From: a virus
IMG/VR virus record: IMGVR_UViG_3300036773_000096
Coordinates: 1 to 64,000 of that record
DNA: 64,000 nucleotides
Direction: 5' to 3' (one strand)
The notes beneath the pieces were generated by a model, which was given only the letters and a program-made list of their open reading frames with translations, was not told the DNA's origin and ran no database searches. The position numbers and the translations under genes were made by a program. The first letter of the stretch is position 1. Each line of letters opens with the position of its first letter. Of the stretch, positions 44,159 through 53,601 are shown one piece after another.

Positions 44159-46701
44159 GGCCTCCTGGGTGAGCTGTAGCGGTATCGGTCGGACAGCCCG
44201 GCGAGACGGTCAGGTGAGCGCACCGGGGGCGACTGGTCGGGTGGCCGGCGCGCGCTGGCCAGCACGGCGGCGGCCAGATCGTTGATGGCCTCGACCACTT
44301 CCCTCGACCCGGTGTCGACATTGACCGACACGTGCGGGGAGCCCGGTGCGGCGCTGCCCCGGCCCAGCAGTGCCCCGTAGCCGGGCACTGCCCCGGCTAC
44401 CGCGTCGGCGACCGATGTGGGGAGCCGGTCGGCGAGCATCGGGAACTTGCTCAGCGTGCCCAGGTTGGGCACGACGTAGCCGCCGCGTGGGAGGTCGGTG
44501 CGCAGCTCCGGCCCGTGGGTTCCGATCATGCCCAGGAACTGGCCACCCTTGATCAGGGCTTCGGGGCCTTGCTCGCCGACGATGGCGGTGCCGTACTCGA
44601 TCGTGCCGCCCTGGGCTAGCAGCGGCATCTTCGGCAGGCTGAAGTTGGTGCCCCCCACCAGTGGCACCCAGGAGGGTATGGAGATGGTGGGGATCAGGTT
44701 CCAGCCTTTGGCGATGAGGTTGTAGGCCCCCTTGATGATGTTCCACAGCTCCACGAACGGGGCGGCGGCGGCCTTGGCGATCCAGATGAACACCGCGACA
44801 ACGTCGTTGCCGACGGCCTTGACCCCGTCGCGGAACCACGCGAACTTGTTCCACATATAGATGAAGGCCAGCACCAGCAGCATGATCCCGATGATGATCA
44901 AGCCGATGGGGTTGGACGCGAACGCCGTGGCGATGGCCCGGCCGACGAACATGATCCCAGTGCCCATGGCCTCGAACAGCGGGACCACCCAGCGCATGAT
45001 GAACCCCAGGGCACCGATGGACCGCGACCACTCCATCAGTTTTTCGACCTTGGAGAACAGGCTCAGCACGCCGCCCACGGCCTTCGCGCCCGCGCCGAAC
45101 ACCGTGAACAGGGTCAAGGCCGTTCCGATGAGTAGGCCCAGGCCGGGCACGTGGGCGACTAAGAACACGATGCCCCCGGCGAGGATCGCGATCGCCTGAA
45201 TGATGATCGTCAGGCCACCCAGAGGGATCCTGCTCAGAGCCAGGGCGATCTGAGTGAACGCACTGACCAGCGCAGAACCGAACCCACCGGTACCGGCCCC
45301 GGACAGGTTGTGAAACAGCGCCCCCAGCGCCGGCAGTAGCTCCGTGCGGATCTGGGCGATCAGTGCCGCGACCTGCGGGTTGGTGCCGATCCCGCTGATG
45401 CCGTGCAACAGCGCCAGCAGGAGCAGTCCCGTCTCGCGCAGGATCGGCACGGAGTCGGTGAAGAACTTCGTGATCCGGGCGGCGCCTTGGGCTGACGTCG
45501 TCCAGGCCCGGAACTTCGCCGAAGCGGCCTCCATGCCGCCGCCGAGCTGGTCACGCGCGACCCCGCCCGCGATGGCGAAAATGTGGAACAGCCCGACGAG
45601 GAAGTTCTCCAGGATCCGGCCATCGGTTTTCATCTGATCCCAGGCCCGGCTCATGAACGCCTGGGCTTTGCCGGAGTCGGTCATGCGCTTTGACCACGCG
45701 TCGAGTTTCGTGGTCACGTTGTCCAGGCCGTGAGCCATCGACGTCGTCATGGGCAGCGCCGCGACCGCCAGGTTCAGCAGGGTCGTCAGCACGTGGCCTA
45801 GCGAGTTGCCCATCAGCCCCACCAGGGGGGTGACCCCAGCGAACAGGGTGCCGATCTGGCTGACCTGGCGCGTCCCGGAGACCATGTCGCCGACGTGGGC
45901 GACCGCGCCACCGAACGCACCGGACAGCCCCACCAGGCCGGTGCGCAGGGTGGGGATCATCCGGTCGTGGATCTCTTTGTCGAACGCCTGGATGCCCGGC
46001 ACCATCGCCTGGGTGATCACCGTGCGCATCGCGAGGAAGTCGTTGGTCAACGGACGCAGCAGTGCCCCGATATCCTTGCCGCTGATCTTCATCAGGGCCA
46101 TGCCGGCGGCAGCGAGGAACAACGCCGGCCCCAGCGCGCCCGCGACCCCCACCAGTGGCGCCATGTGGCCCACGGCCATCACCGCGCCGGCCCCCAGCGA
46201 CACCAGCATGCCGACGACGGCTTGACCGCCCGTGAGGATCGCGCCCCACTTGATCAGCATGATCATCGACTTCAGGCCGCCGGTCGCCTTGCTGGCCTTA
46301 TTCGCCGACTTCGCCCACGCCTCCAGCGTTGACACATGCTTCTTAGCGCCACCGGTCGAGGAGTTCTGGGCTCTGGTCGCGCTGTTGACCGAATTGGCGA
46401 GCTTGGTGTATCCCAGGCTGCCTGCTGCGGCCTTCGCCCCCGACGCGGCGGCAGCGTTCCCGGCCGCCTTGGCGGCGGGCACGAACTGACCCAGGGCGTT
46501 GCGGGCGCGCTGGGTGGAGTTCTTGGCCTTGTCCATCCCTTCGTCAAGCTCTTCACCGGACTTGATCCCGGCCTTGCCCAGGGAGCCCAGCGCGTGATCG
46601 GCCTCCTCCGCTGCGACCGTGGCCCGATCCAAGGCGTCGGTGATGTCGCCGGACATTGACGCCCTGATATGCACGTCATCGTCAGAGCCGGCCACAATCA
46701 C
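44155..46701 (-). CDS. tape measure protein
   Basis: 848 aa Ala/Gly-rich helical; NPIGLII..I; LAQGG..VGEQGPE; position. Confidence 0.9.
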   Translation of the reverse strand: MIVAGSDDDVHIRASMSGDITDALDRATVAAEEADHALGSLGKAGIKSGEELDEGMDKAKNSTQRARNALGQFVPAAKAAGNAAAASGAKAAAGSLGYTKLANSVNSATRAQNSSTGGAKKHVSTLEAWAKSANKASKATGGLKSMIMLIKWGAILTGGQAVVGMLVSLGAGAVMAVGHMAPLVGVAGALGPALFLAAAGMALMKISGKDIGALLRPLTNDFLAMRTVITQAMVPGIQAFDKEIHDRMIPTLRTGLVGLSGAFGGAVAHVGDMVSGTRQVSQIGTLFAGVTPLVGLMGNSLGHVLTTLLNLAVAALPMTTSMAHGLDNVTTKLDAWSKRMTDSGKAQAFMSRAWDQMKTDGRILENFLVGLFHIFAIAGGVARDQLGGGMEAASAKFRAWTTSAQGAARITKFFTDSVPILRETGLLLLALLHGISGIGTNPQVAALIAQIRTELLPALGALFHNLSGAGTGGFGSALVSAFTQIALALSRIPLGGLTIIIQAIAILAGGIVFLVAHVPGLGLLIGTALTLFTVFGAGAKAVGGVLSLFSKVEKLMEWSRSIGALGFIMRWVVPLFEAMGTGIMFVGRAIATAFASNPIGLIIIGIMLLVLAFIYMWNKFAWFRDGVKAVGNDVVAVFIWIAKAAAAPFVELWNIIKGAYNLIAKGWNLIPTISIPSWVPLVGGTNFSLPKMPLLAQGGTIEYGTAIVGEQGPEALIKGGQFLGMIGTHGPELRTDLPRGGYVVPNLGTLSKFPMLADRLPTSVADAVAGAVPGYGALLGRGSAAPGSPHVSVNVDTGSREVVEAINDLAAAVLASARRPPDQSPPVRSPDRLAGLSDRYRYSSPRRP

Positions 46702-46763
46702 CTCCGAAGGTCAGGGGTGATCGTCGCAGCGTGGCCAGTCGGTAACCGGCAGACACGCAGGAG

Positions 46764-47000
46764 CTAGGACCGCTGGGCGCGCTTGGCTTCAGCCTCTTCA
46801 CTTCGGGCCACGTAGCGAGCCGCTGCGATCCGTACCAGCATGCGCCAGTCGTCACCGTCGTCATCGAGCATCGCGGCCGGATCCTGCCGGAACATCCGCG
46901 CCACCATCGCCGCCTCCCGCACCGGCCCCAGGCCCGCTAGCCATTCGATAGTCGCTTCACGCCGCAGCTCACGCGGGTGCGGCGTTACGTAGGGTCCGCG
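46764..47000 (-). CDS. tail assembly chaperone -1 frame extension (gpT-like)
   Basis: Open -1 frame of 79 codons (..EWLAGLGPVREAAMVARMFRQDPAAML..) between chaperone and tape measure. Confidence 0.65.
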   Translation of the reverse strand, partial: RGPYVTPHPRELRREATIEWLAGLGPVREAAMVARMFRQDPAAMLDDDGDDWRMLVRIAAARYVARSEEAEAKRAQRS

Positions 47001-47536
47001 TCACTCTCGCCCGGCTTGGACTCCCCGTAGCCGCAGCGATCCAGCAGGGCCTCCCCCGCGCGCAGCAGGAACACGTCCCTGACGAAGATGCGCTGCACCG
47101 CCACGGACGCTTCAGCGGCCCCGAACGCCGCGAGAACCTGTGGGGAGTCGAACCCGCCAGCCAGTGGCCGGTAGGAGCCGTCGGCCTGAAGCAGAGCGAT
47201 CTCGGTGACCTGCTCGCCGATGAGGCCAGCGAACATCGTGACCTCGTCGAGCTTCTTTAGATCCGGGATGCGCTTGCGCCGCGCCGCCAGCGGCAGTGCC
47301 GCCAGCTGGATGCGTTTCAGGTCCGGCTGCGCGAGGTCCGTTGAGCAGGTCAAGCGGATCACGTCACCCGGCGAGTACAGCTCGAAGTCGGGGAAGTCCT
47401 GATCGGCGACCTCACTGGCCTGATCCAGGGCCAGGCGCAGCTCGTCGAGACTCGACATCGCCGGAGCGGATGGTGGTTCGTCGACCGGATGCTTGTCGGC
47501 GTAGCCGACACCAGCAGGGTCGTAAACGTTGGTCAC
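46985..47536 (-). CDS. tail assembly chaperone (gpG-like)
   Basis: Between tube and tape measure; GAGGAG RBS; ends DPT. Confidence 0.8.
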   Translation of the reverse strand: MTNVYDPAGVGYADKHPVDEPPSAPAMSSLDELRLALDQASEVADQDFPDFELYSPGDVIRLTCSTDLAQPDLKRIQLAALPLAARRKRIPDLKKLDEVTMFAGLIGEQVTEIALLQADGSYRPLAGGFDSPQVLAAFGAAEASVAVQRIFVRDVFLLRAGEALLDRCGYGESKPGESDADPT

Positions 47537-47568
47537 GCGATCTCCTCACAGGGGCGGTCAGACGGTCC

Positions 47569-47604
47569 GGGCCGGTCTCGCCCCTGTGAAGCCGAGACCG
47601 GCCC
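47569..47604 (-). terminator. hairpin downstream of tail tube gene
   Basis: 12-bp perfect inverted repeat GGGCCGGTCTCG / CGAGACCGGCCC. Confidence 0.6.
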
Positions 47605-47621
47605 GCACCGCCCGCAGGCGG

Positions 47622-48035
47622 CTAGCTCAGGTTGTTCACCGCGAAGGTCAGTTCATAGGTGGCGGCCTCACCGGAGTTGGCGTCGACGTCGGGGAGCTTC
47701 ACGCCGGACAGCACCGCCCCGGTGTAGACGAACGGCTTCACCCCAGCGATCCGGGACATATCCCCGAACAGCGGCACCTTAGTGATCGTGGTCGACAGCA
47801 CCCCCACCTGCCCCAGCAGGTTGGACAGCATCGCGCCGTCAACATCGGAGTCGTAGGCGTTTTTCACCACCACATCCGACGTTTCCGGGGGGGAGAAAAT
47901 GTTGTCGCTGGAGATCGCCCCGCCGTCGCGCCACTTCGTCACATCGGACTTCTTTTCACCGCCGGTCTGCTCGGTGAACGTCCGGGAGCCCAGGGCGGCC
48001 ACCGTGACCAAGAATTGACGTGCCGCAGCCTTCAT
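47622..48035 (-). CDS. tail tube protein (contractile type)
   Basis: 137 aa directly after sheath; TGGE...WRDGG pattern. Confidence 0.8.
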   Translation of the reverse strand: MKAAARQFLVTVAALGSRTFTEQTGGEKKSDVTKWRDGGAISSDNIFSPPETSDVVVKNAYDSDVDGAMLSNLLGQVGVLSTTITKVPLFGDMSRIAGVKPFVYTGAVLSGVKLPDVDANSGEAATYELTFAVNNLS

Positions 48036-48046
48036 CTACCTACTCC

Positions 48047-49510
48047 TCAGAATCGCCGGGTCACGCCGACCTTGGTGACGGTGAGCGCGATCAACGCCCC
48101 CGTGGGGGACACCCGCACCGCGCACGTCGCCTGCACCATGTTCGCGCTGGCCACCTCACGGCTGGGGTCAGTGGTGATCGAGAAGCCGGGGTCGCGTTCG
48201 ATCGGGGTACCGCCCAGCGGGTCGGCGTCGATCCACGGATAGAGCCCGCCAGCGTCAGCCATTGGCAGCACGAGCCCCGTCAGGGCGCCCTCCACGCGGG
48301 CCAGCAGATGCCCGCGTGCGTCGATGGTGGAGAACACCATCGGATCCAGGGCCTGCTGGGAGGCGACGACGATGCGGTTGATGACGTCGATACCTGTGAG
48401 CAGCCGCCAGTTGGCGATGTCGGAAGACAGCGACCGCCAGCCGTAGAGCCGGACCCCACCGGACACCGGCAGGATCGGGGAGACCTTCGCGTCCTCTAAG
48501 GCGTTAGCGGTGGCGGAGTCGAAGATTTGATCGGGGGCCACCACCACGATCGACCGAGCGCGGTCACCCGCTGGGGCCTGCCACGGGCCGACGTCGCGGT
48601 GCGCCCGTGCCCGCACGGCCGCGATGTAGCCGTCGCACGGAATGGAGGACAGGCCGCCGAAGGCGTCGCGGGTCTGCACCCACGGGCCGAACAGTCCCGC
48701 GTACTCACTGTCATAGGACGCGGCCAGGGTGGCGAGCTGAGTGGAGGTCGACCCGCGCGCGGAGACCAGGATCGCGAGACGGTTGTTGGCTTTGGCGTGC
48801 GCGATCAGCCCGGTGTGGGTGGCGTCGCCACCACCGGGGATGGCGACGCACCCGTCGCCGTACTGGGGACCGAAGCGGGCCAGGGCGGCCACCAGGGAAG
48901 TGGCGTTGACCGAGCTGCGGTCATCGGTGCCCGCGCCCAGGGCGACCGGGCCGACGACGGCCGGGTTGTTGTTCGGTGCCACCGTGGCCGACGCGAGGTC
49001 GGTGACCGAGACCCACGAGCTGCCGGCGGTTTTGGTGACCGCGTCCTGGGGGGAGGACAGGTTGGCGTAACGCTCCACTTCGATCCCGAGATAAAGGACC
49101 GAGAGGATGAACGTGTTGGGCACCGTGCCCGCGAGGATCTGCACCGTGACGTCTGAGGACCACGAGCCGGGGCCCTTGGCGGTCACCTGCAACGTCGACA
49201 GTGGTGTTCCGGCCCGGTCGACCAGCGGCGTCCCCAGGGAGCCCTGGGTGGCGGCCGGGCCGACGACGCGGGCGACGTAGGCTTCCCCGCCGCCTTCAGC
49301 GAAGAACATCGCGATGTCGTCATAAAGGTTGCCGTAGGACGGTCGGGTGCCGAAGGTGGCCTCGAACTGTGCCAGCGACGTCACGCGTGCCACATCGGTG
49401 GCCGACCCGCGCGCGGCCAGCCCGACTGCGAAGTAGGACGCGCTCGGTACGGGGATGGGGAACAGTGAGCCGGCCGCAGCGGTGCGGGTGACGGTGACAC
49501 CTACAGCCAT
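48047..49510 (-). CDS. tail sheath protein
   Basis: YFAVGLAARG, FFAEGGGEAYVARV, GPWQAPAG, RLYGWRSL. Confidence 0.93.
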   Translation of the reverse strand: MAVGVTVTRTAAAGSLFPIPVPSASYFAVGLAARGSATDVARVTSLAQFEATFGTRPSYGNLYDDIAMFFAEGGGEAYVARVVGPAATQGSLGTPLVDRAGTPLSTLQVTAKGPGSWSSDVTVQILAGTVPNTFILSVLYLGIEVERYANLSSPQDAVTKTAGSSWVSVTDLASATVAPNNNPAVVGPVALGAGTDDRSSVNATSLVAALARFGPQYGDGCVAIPGGGDATHTGLIAHAKANNRLAILVSARGSTSTQLATLAASYDSEYAGLFGPWVQTRDAFGGLSSIPCDGYIAAVRARAHRDVGPWQAPAGDRARSIVVVAPDQIFDSATANALEDAKVSPILPVSGGVRLYGWRSLSSDIANWRLLTGIDVINRIVVASQQALDPMVFSTIDARGHLLARVEGALTGLVLPMADAGGLYPWIDADPLGGTPIERDPGFSITTDPSREVASANMVQATCAVRVSPTGALIALTVTKVGVTRRF

Positions 49511-49560
49511 GCGGCCCTCCCGGATGTGGACACGGGGCGGATCATCGCACCGCGAAGGGC

Positions 49561-49767
49561 CTAGTCAGTCCGCGACGCGCCGTCAGCCTTCGGTGCGGCC
49601 AGCAGTAGCTGCCCCGCGTTCAGCGCGGTGCGCCCCACGTCGTCGACCTCCTCGACCTCGACGCGCTCCCCACCGCCGAGACTGTCCCCCGCCTCGGTGT
49701 AGACCACGCCCGCCGTACCGGGGTTGATCAAAGTACTGGGGGTGGGTTTCTTGTTCGCAGTGGCCAT
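49561..49767 (-). CDS. small virion-associated protein
   Basis: Between tail terminator and sheath. Confidence 0.6.
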   Translation of the reverse strand: MATANKKPTPSTLINPGTAGVVYTEAGDSLGGGERVEVEEVDDVGRTALNAGQLLLAAPKADGASRTD

Positions 49768-49770
49768 CGG

Positions 49771-50403
49771 TCAAGCTCCGATCGGGTGCATGAACGGGAC
49801 GAGAGTGACGCGCAGATCCAGCGTGTTGAACGTCCCCAGGTCCGGCAGGGTCGAGGGGATCCCAGAGGCATACTCGTGGTCGATCTCGTAAGCCAGCAGT
49901 GCGGCGGCCCGGACGTGGGAGGTCTTCAGCCGCACCGGCTCCGATGACTCCTCGGAGATTGTGGCGGGATTGAGCAGGAATCCGGTGTCCCCGAAAGCCG
50001 GCGGCGGCGCCAGCGTCGGGTAGGTCATCAGACTGTCCCGGCACGCGGCGGCCAGTCGGTCCCGCTGATCCAGGGCGGTCTTCCACTCTTTGGCCAGCAC
50101 CCAGACATAGATCCGTGCGGTGTAGCGGTAGCGGTAGATCATGTAGCCCAGGTTGTTCAGGCCCATCGCGCGGGTGCGGGGCATCAGCCGGGGCGTGATC
50201 ACCTCGACCCAGGTGTCGCCCCGGTGATCCAAGGCGTTGTCCGCCGCCTCCCCCGACGTGATCATGTCCGGGGTGGGGATCTCTTTTTCACCCAACGCCC
50301 ACAAGTGCACCATGCCCGCGATCCGGCCCGGCAGGTCCGCGATCAGCAGATCCGCCACCTGATCCCGCACGGCGATCGCACCGTGCTCAGAGGGCATGGT
50401 CAC
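49771..50403 (-). CDS. tail terminator / completion protein
   Basis: Position and size. Confidence 0.6.
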   Translation of the reverse strand: MTMPSEHGAIAVRDQVADLLIADLPGRIAGMVHLWALGEKEIPTPDMITSGEAADNALDHRGDTWVEVITPRLMPRTRAMGLNNLGYMIYRYRYTARIYVWVLAKEWKTALDQRDRLAAACRDSLMTYPTLAPPPAFGDTGFLLNPATISEESSEPVRLKTSHVRAAALLAYEIDHEYASGIPSTLPDLGTFNTLDLRVTLVPFMHPIGA

Positions 50404-50600
50404 AGCTGGTCGCCCACCCGTGGCACCAGCTCAGTCCAGTCCGCGACAGCCTCGTCGTCGAGCACCTTCACGGCCAGGCCCCCCGCCTGGACGTCGAGGT
50501 AGGTCAGCACCCAGTGCCCGTGACCGTTGAAGTCCTGGGCGAAACGCTGAGCCACGTAGCCATCCGGGCTTACTCGCGCCGCGACTTCCGTGAGGTTCAT
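50400..50600 (-). CDS. small hypothetical protein
   Basis: 4-nt overlaps at both ends. Confidence 0.6.
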   Translation of the reverse strand: MNLTEVAARVSPDGYVAQRFAQDFNGHGHWVLTYLDVQAGGLAVKVLDDEAVADWTELVPRVGDQL

Positions 50601-51082
50601 CGCTCCAGCTTCCTGGAACCGCCCGTGTTGGGCACCCCGTCGATGATCCACGTGAGCACCGTCGAACTCGCCGCGCCCTCAGCGGCGACCTGATGGGCGT
50701 TGATCAGACGGCGGGCCTTCATCCGCCGGGTACCGGACTGATGGAAGTGCGCGTAGGAGATGTCAGTACCGGCCTCGACCTCGTGAGCCCGGATGTGCTC
50801 CACGCCCAGCGGACGCCGCGTCAGCTCGCTGCGCATCGACGTCGTGCGCACCAGCGGCTCATTGAGGAACCCTTGGCCGCGCTTCTGGGCGACCGTCGAC
50901 GGCATCAGCGGTGCCCACGGGGTGCGCCAACGCGCCCCGCGCGAGTTGAACTGCTCAACGTTGGTCACCGCCCACCAGGTCAGGAACTCCTCCCACGCCG
51001 GGGACAGCTCCGTCGACCGTGCCCGCATCTGCTCAAGGTTGCGGCGCACCCGGTCCAGGCCCTCGACACTGACCCGGATCAT
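50597..51082 (-). CDS. virion morphogenesis / tail completion protein (Mu gpG, P2 gpS-like)
   Basis: WAPLMPST...PLVRT...GTDISYAHFHQSGTRRMKARRLI. Confidence 0.85.
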   Translation of the reverse strand: MIRVSVEGLDRVRRNLEQMRARSTELSPAWEEFLTWWAVTNVEQFNSRGARWRTPWAPLMPSTVAQKRGQGFLNEPLVRTTSMRSELTRRPLGVEHIRAHEVEAGTDISYAHFHQSGTRRMKARRLINAHQVAAEGAASSTVLTWIIDGVPNTGGSRKLER

Positions 51083-51681
51083 CCGCTGGTCCGTAGCCGC
51101 CGCCGGGACCGCAACATCAGCAGCTCGTCGTCAGTCCAGCCCTCTTTGATCGCGGGTGGCTCTTTCGCGTCCAGCGCGCGGGCGACAACCGTGTCGTCGT
51201 GACGGTTGAGCATCGTGGCACCCACCTTGTCCACGATCGCTCCCACGATGTCACCGACCGGCCCCCAGCCGGCCATGTAGTGCATCGTGATCCGCTGGTC
51301 GTAGTCCTGGGGGACGGTCAGGGAGAACGGCCGCGAGGTGTAGGTCAGGGTGTCGGGGGCGACGGGAGCGCCGATCCAGCCCTCCTCCCGCCACGAGTAC
51401 GGCGCGGGCAGCGCCATCCCGTAGGTGGCCGACCCGCCGGCACTGACCCCGTCGATGTCGATGACCCGAAACACTGGGGCACTGGTCGCCACGACACCCG
51501 AGCGGCGCAGGATCGGCACTACCTCGGTGCGCTCCACGGGGTCAATGGGGCAGCGCATCCACCGCTCCAAGTCCGCTTGGCGGCGCGCGAGTAGCAGCGC
51601 GCACGCAGCGGTCTGGTGAGCGCTCCACGGGGGGTTTGACAGGTAGTCGTTGACCTGCCCAACAGTGACAACCAGTGCCAC
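51079..51681 (-). CDS. head-to-tail adaptor
   Basis: VTVGQVNDYL...ITMHYMAGW. Confidence 0.75.
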   Translation of the reverse strand: MALVVTVGQVNDYLSNPPWSAHQTAACALLLARRQADLERWMRCPIDPVERTEVVPILRRSGVVATSAPVFRVIDIDGVSAGGSATYGMALPAPYSWREEGWIGAPVAPDTLTYTSRPFSLTVPQDYDQRITMHYMAGWGPVGDIVGAIVDKVGATMLNRHDDTVVARALDAKEPPAIKEGWTDDELLMLRSRRRLRTSG

Positions 51682-52170
51682 TTAGACCCCGACGCCCGCG
51701 CCCAGTGACTGGGTTCCGCGCGCCTCACTGAGCAGGCCACCGCCGGGCTCGTTCACGGGCATCGCCGTCTCCGGGGTGTTGGGGGCGTCATCACCGCCGT
51801 AGCGGGCGTAGACGCTGCGCAGCACGTGCTGGCCACGATTCCACAGCTTGCGACACGACGGCTGCTGACAGCCTTCGGGGTACCAGGAGTAGTAGGCGTC
51901 GTCCTTGGCCGGCTCGTAGTCCGCTGAGGTGGTGTGCCCCGCGATCCATGAACCGGTCAGGGTGTGCGCCGGGGACGCCGGGTCCGCTGAGACCTCAAGT
52001 TGGCGTGACTGCGCGGCCGAGCCGGCGGGCGTGGACACGGGCGCTGATTCGGGGGCCGTGTCGCCCCCGCCGAGCACCGCTTGGGGGCGGGACGGCTTCG
52101 GGGTGCTCGCGCGACGGTTGCGCACCGCTGCGGCAGCGTCGTTGCGGGAATCTCTGTGGTCATCGGCCAT
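51682..52170 (-). CDS. hypothetical protein
   Basis: ORF abuts adaptor start. Confidence 0.6.
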   Translation of the reverse strand: MADDHRDSRNDAAAAVRNRRASTPKPSRPQAVLGGGDTAPESAPVSTPAGSAAQSRQLEVSADPASPAHTLTGSWIAGHTTSADYEPAKDDAYYSWYPEGCQQPSCRKLWNRGQHVLRSVYARYGGDDAPNTPETAMPVNEPGGGLLSEARGTQSLGAGVGV

Positions 52171-53159
52171 GCGCCGAACGGTAACGCCATGGCCATGGCG
52201 CCACCGTCACGCCACGCGGTGACCATCCGGGCGACCAGCGGGTAACCGCCCGGCGCGGCGACGAACGCCCCCGCGATGAGTAGCGGGTACATGACGCCGA
52301 TCTCGAAGGCCTTGCCGGTTTTGAAAGCCAGCCACTTCGGGAGGTGCACGAACTCCCAGCGCTTACCGGTGCGGGGGTGCTTGAACGGGAACAGCCAGCA
52401 GATGCCGCACTCGGTGACCGAGTCGCCGAGCATGTGGGTGAGGCACCCCAGGGTCGCTGCCGCGCCGAGCAGGCCCGTCCAGTGGGTGTCCAGAGCCCCG
52501 CCAGTGGATTGCGTGAGGTAGAACGCGAGGCCCATGCACACCGCTGCCGTGCCGGAGCGACCTGATGCGCGCAGGTACTTCCCTGGCAGCGGCACCCACT
52601 TTGAGCGCATCGCTTTCACGGCAACGTGCTTCAGGGCGAGCCCGATGTTGTGGTAGATGACAATGCCCAGGCGCCGGGGGGCGCTTTTGCCTTTCAGTCG
52701 GCTGGCGGACAGCTGCCGGTCGGGGTTGGTGGGCATGTAGAGCCCGCGCGCGGCCCAGTGCAGGGAGACGCCGAGCACGATGGGGGTGCCCCAGTGCGGC
52801 CAGACGGCGCAGATCACGGCCACCAGGGCACCCATGAACGCGGCACCGGGCCAGGTGTGGGTGGCGCCCCGGTGGATGACGGGCCTTTTGGGGTCGTCGG
52901 CTTCAGACCGGGTGGCGTAGTAGATGACCGCGCACAGGGTGACGACGAGGTGGTGCAGCGCGATGGTCAGCGCGCCCAGCGACGTGGTCACGGTGGATTT
53001 GCGCGTGTCACAGTCGGGCCAGTTGGCCCAGCCGGCGACGATCACCGCGACGATGTGCGGGATACCCCACGCGAGGTTGATGGTCGTGCACAGCTCAAAG
53101 AACAGGCAGGCGCCGTAGCCGGCGGTGGCACCCGAAATCGAGTGCCCCGTGGACATCAC
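51957..53159 (-). CDS. YdjM-like membrane metal-dependent hydrolase (C-terminal about 70 aa overlap next gene)
   Basis: STGH, WPDCDT, HRGATHT, THMLGDSVT; multiple TM segments. Confidence 0.85.
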   Translation of the reverse strand: MMSTGHSISGATAGYGACLFFELCTTINLAWGIPHIVAVIVAGWANWPDCDTRKSTVTTSLGALTIALHHLVVTLCAVIYYATRSEADDPKRPVIHRGATHTWPGAAFMGALVAVICAVWPHWGTPIVLGVSLHWAARGLYMPTNPDRQLSASRLKGKSAPRRLGIVIYHNIGLALKHVAVKAMRSKWVPLPGKYLRASGRSGTAAVCMGLAFYLTQSTGGALDTHWTGLLGAAATLGCLTHMLGDSVTECGICWLFPFKHPRTGKRWEFVHLPKWLAFKTGKAFEIGVMYPLLIAGAFVAAPGGYPLVARMVTAWRDGGAMAMALPFGAWPMTTEIPATTLPQRCATVARAPRSRPAPKRCSAGATRPPNQRPCPRPPARPRSHANLRSQRTRRPRRTP

Positions 53160-53353
53160 GTGCGGGTGTCCGGCTCAGCGAGCAGCGCGGCGAGTGCGTC
53201 GAGCAGGCCGAGGTCATGCTCATTTGGTTCGAGGATCAGTAGCGGCCCGAGTCGTGCCCAGTTGCCGTAGTACTCCTGGAAGGGTTCCCACTCGATTTCG
53301 GGACGAGGGGTCAGGGCGCGTAGCCGCGTGCGGATGTCGTTGAGATCAGCCAT
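53156..53353 (-). CDS. hypothetical protein
   Basis: AGGAGG RBS; coupled to hydrolase. Confidence 0.7.
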   Translation of the reverse strand: MADLNDIRTRLRALTPRPEIEWEPFQEYYGNWARLGPLLILEPNEHDLGLLDALAALLAEPDTRT

Positions 53354-53369
53354 GTCGCCTCCTGGTAGA

Positions 53370-53392
53370 CCGGAACGACACCCACTCTACCA
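53370..53392 (-). promoter_or_regulatory. conserved element copy 8 (TGGTAGAGT-N7-GTTCCGG)
   Basis: Same spacing on minus strand; CTGGTAGA / TCTACCAG inverted repeat. Confidence 0.75.
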
Positions 53393-53439
53393 GTTAACTG
53401 CGGGGCTGCGGAACACCCGCCAGCGATCTACGCTGCGGC

Positions 53440-53601
53440 ATGACCGACTGCACAGATCTACGCGACATCATGGCCGTGCTGCCCCCGCAACGGATCTACA
53501 TGGAACTGCGACCCGATCAGGCGCTCGCCGCGATCCGCGCCGACTACGGCCTCGGACCCGGCACACCCATCCTCAGCAGTGAGCGCCCCGCGCAGCTCTA
53601 G
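53440..53601 (+). CDS. possible small protein (53 aa, MTDCTDLRDI...)
   Basis: Read by hand; no clear RBS. Confidence 0.3.
   Translation: MTDCTDLRDIMAVLPPQRIYMELRPDQALAAIRADYGLGPGTPILSSERPAQL

Noticed and set aside
36887-49510. Interpretation as an extracellular contractile injection system or tailocin
   Set aside because: Capsid, neck, terminase and replication genes are present, so it is a phage
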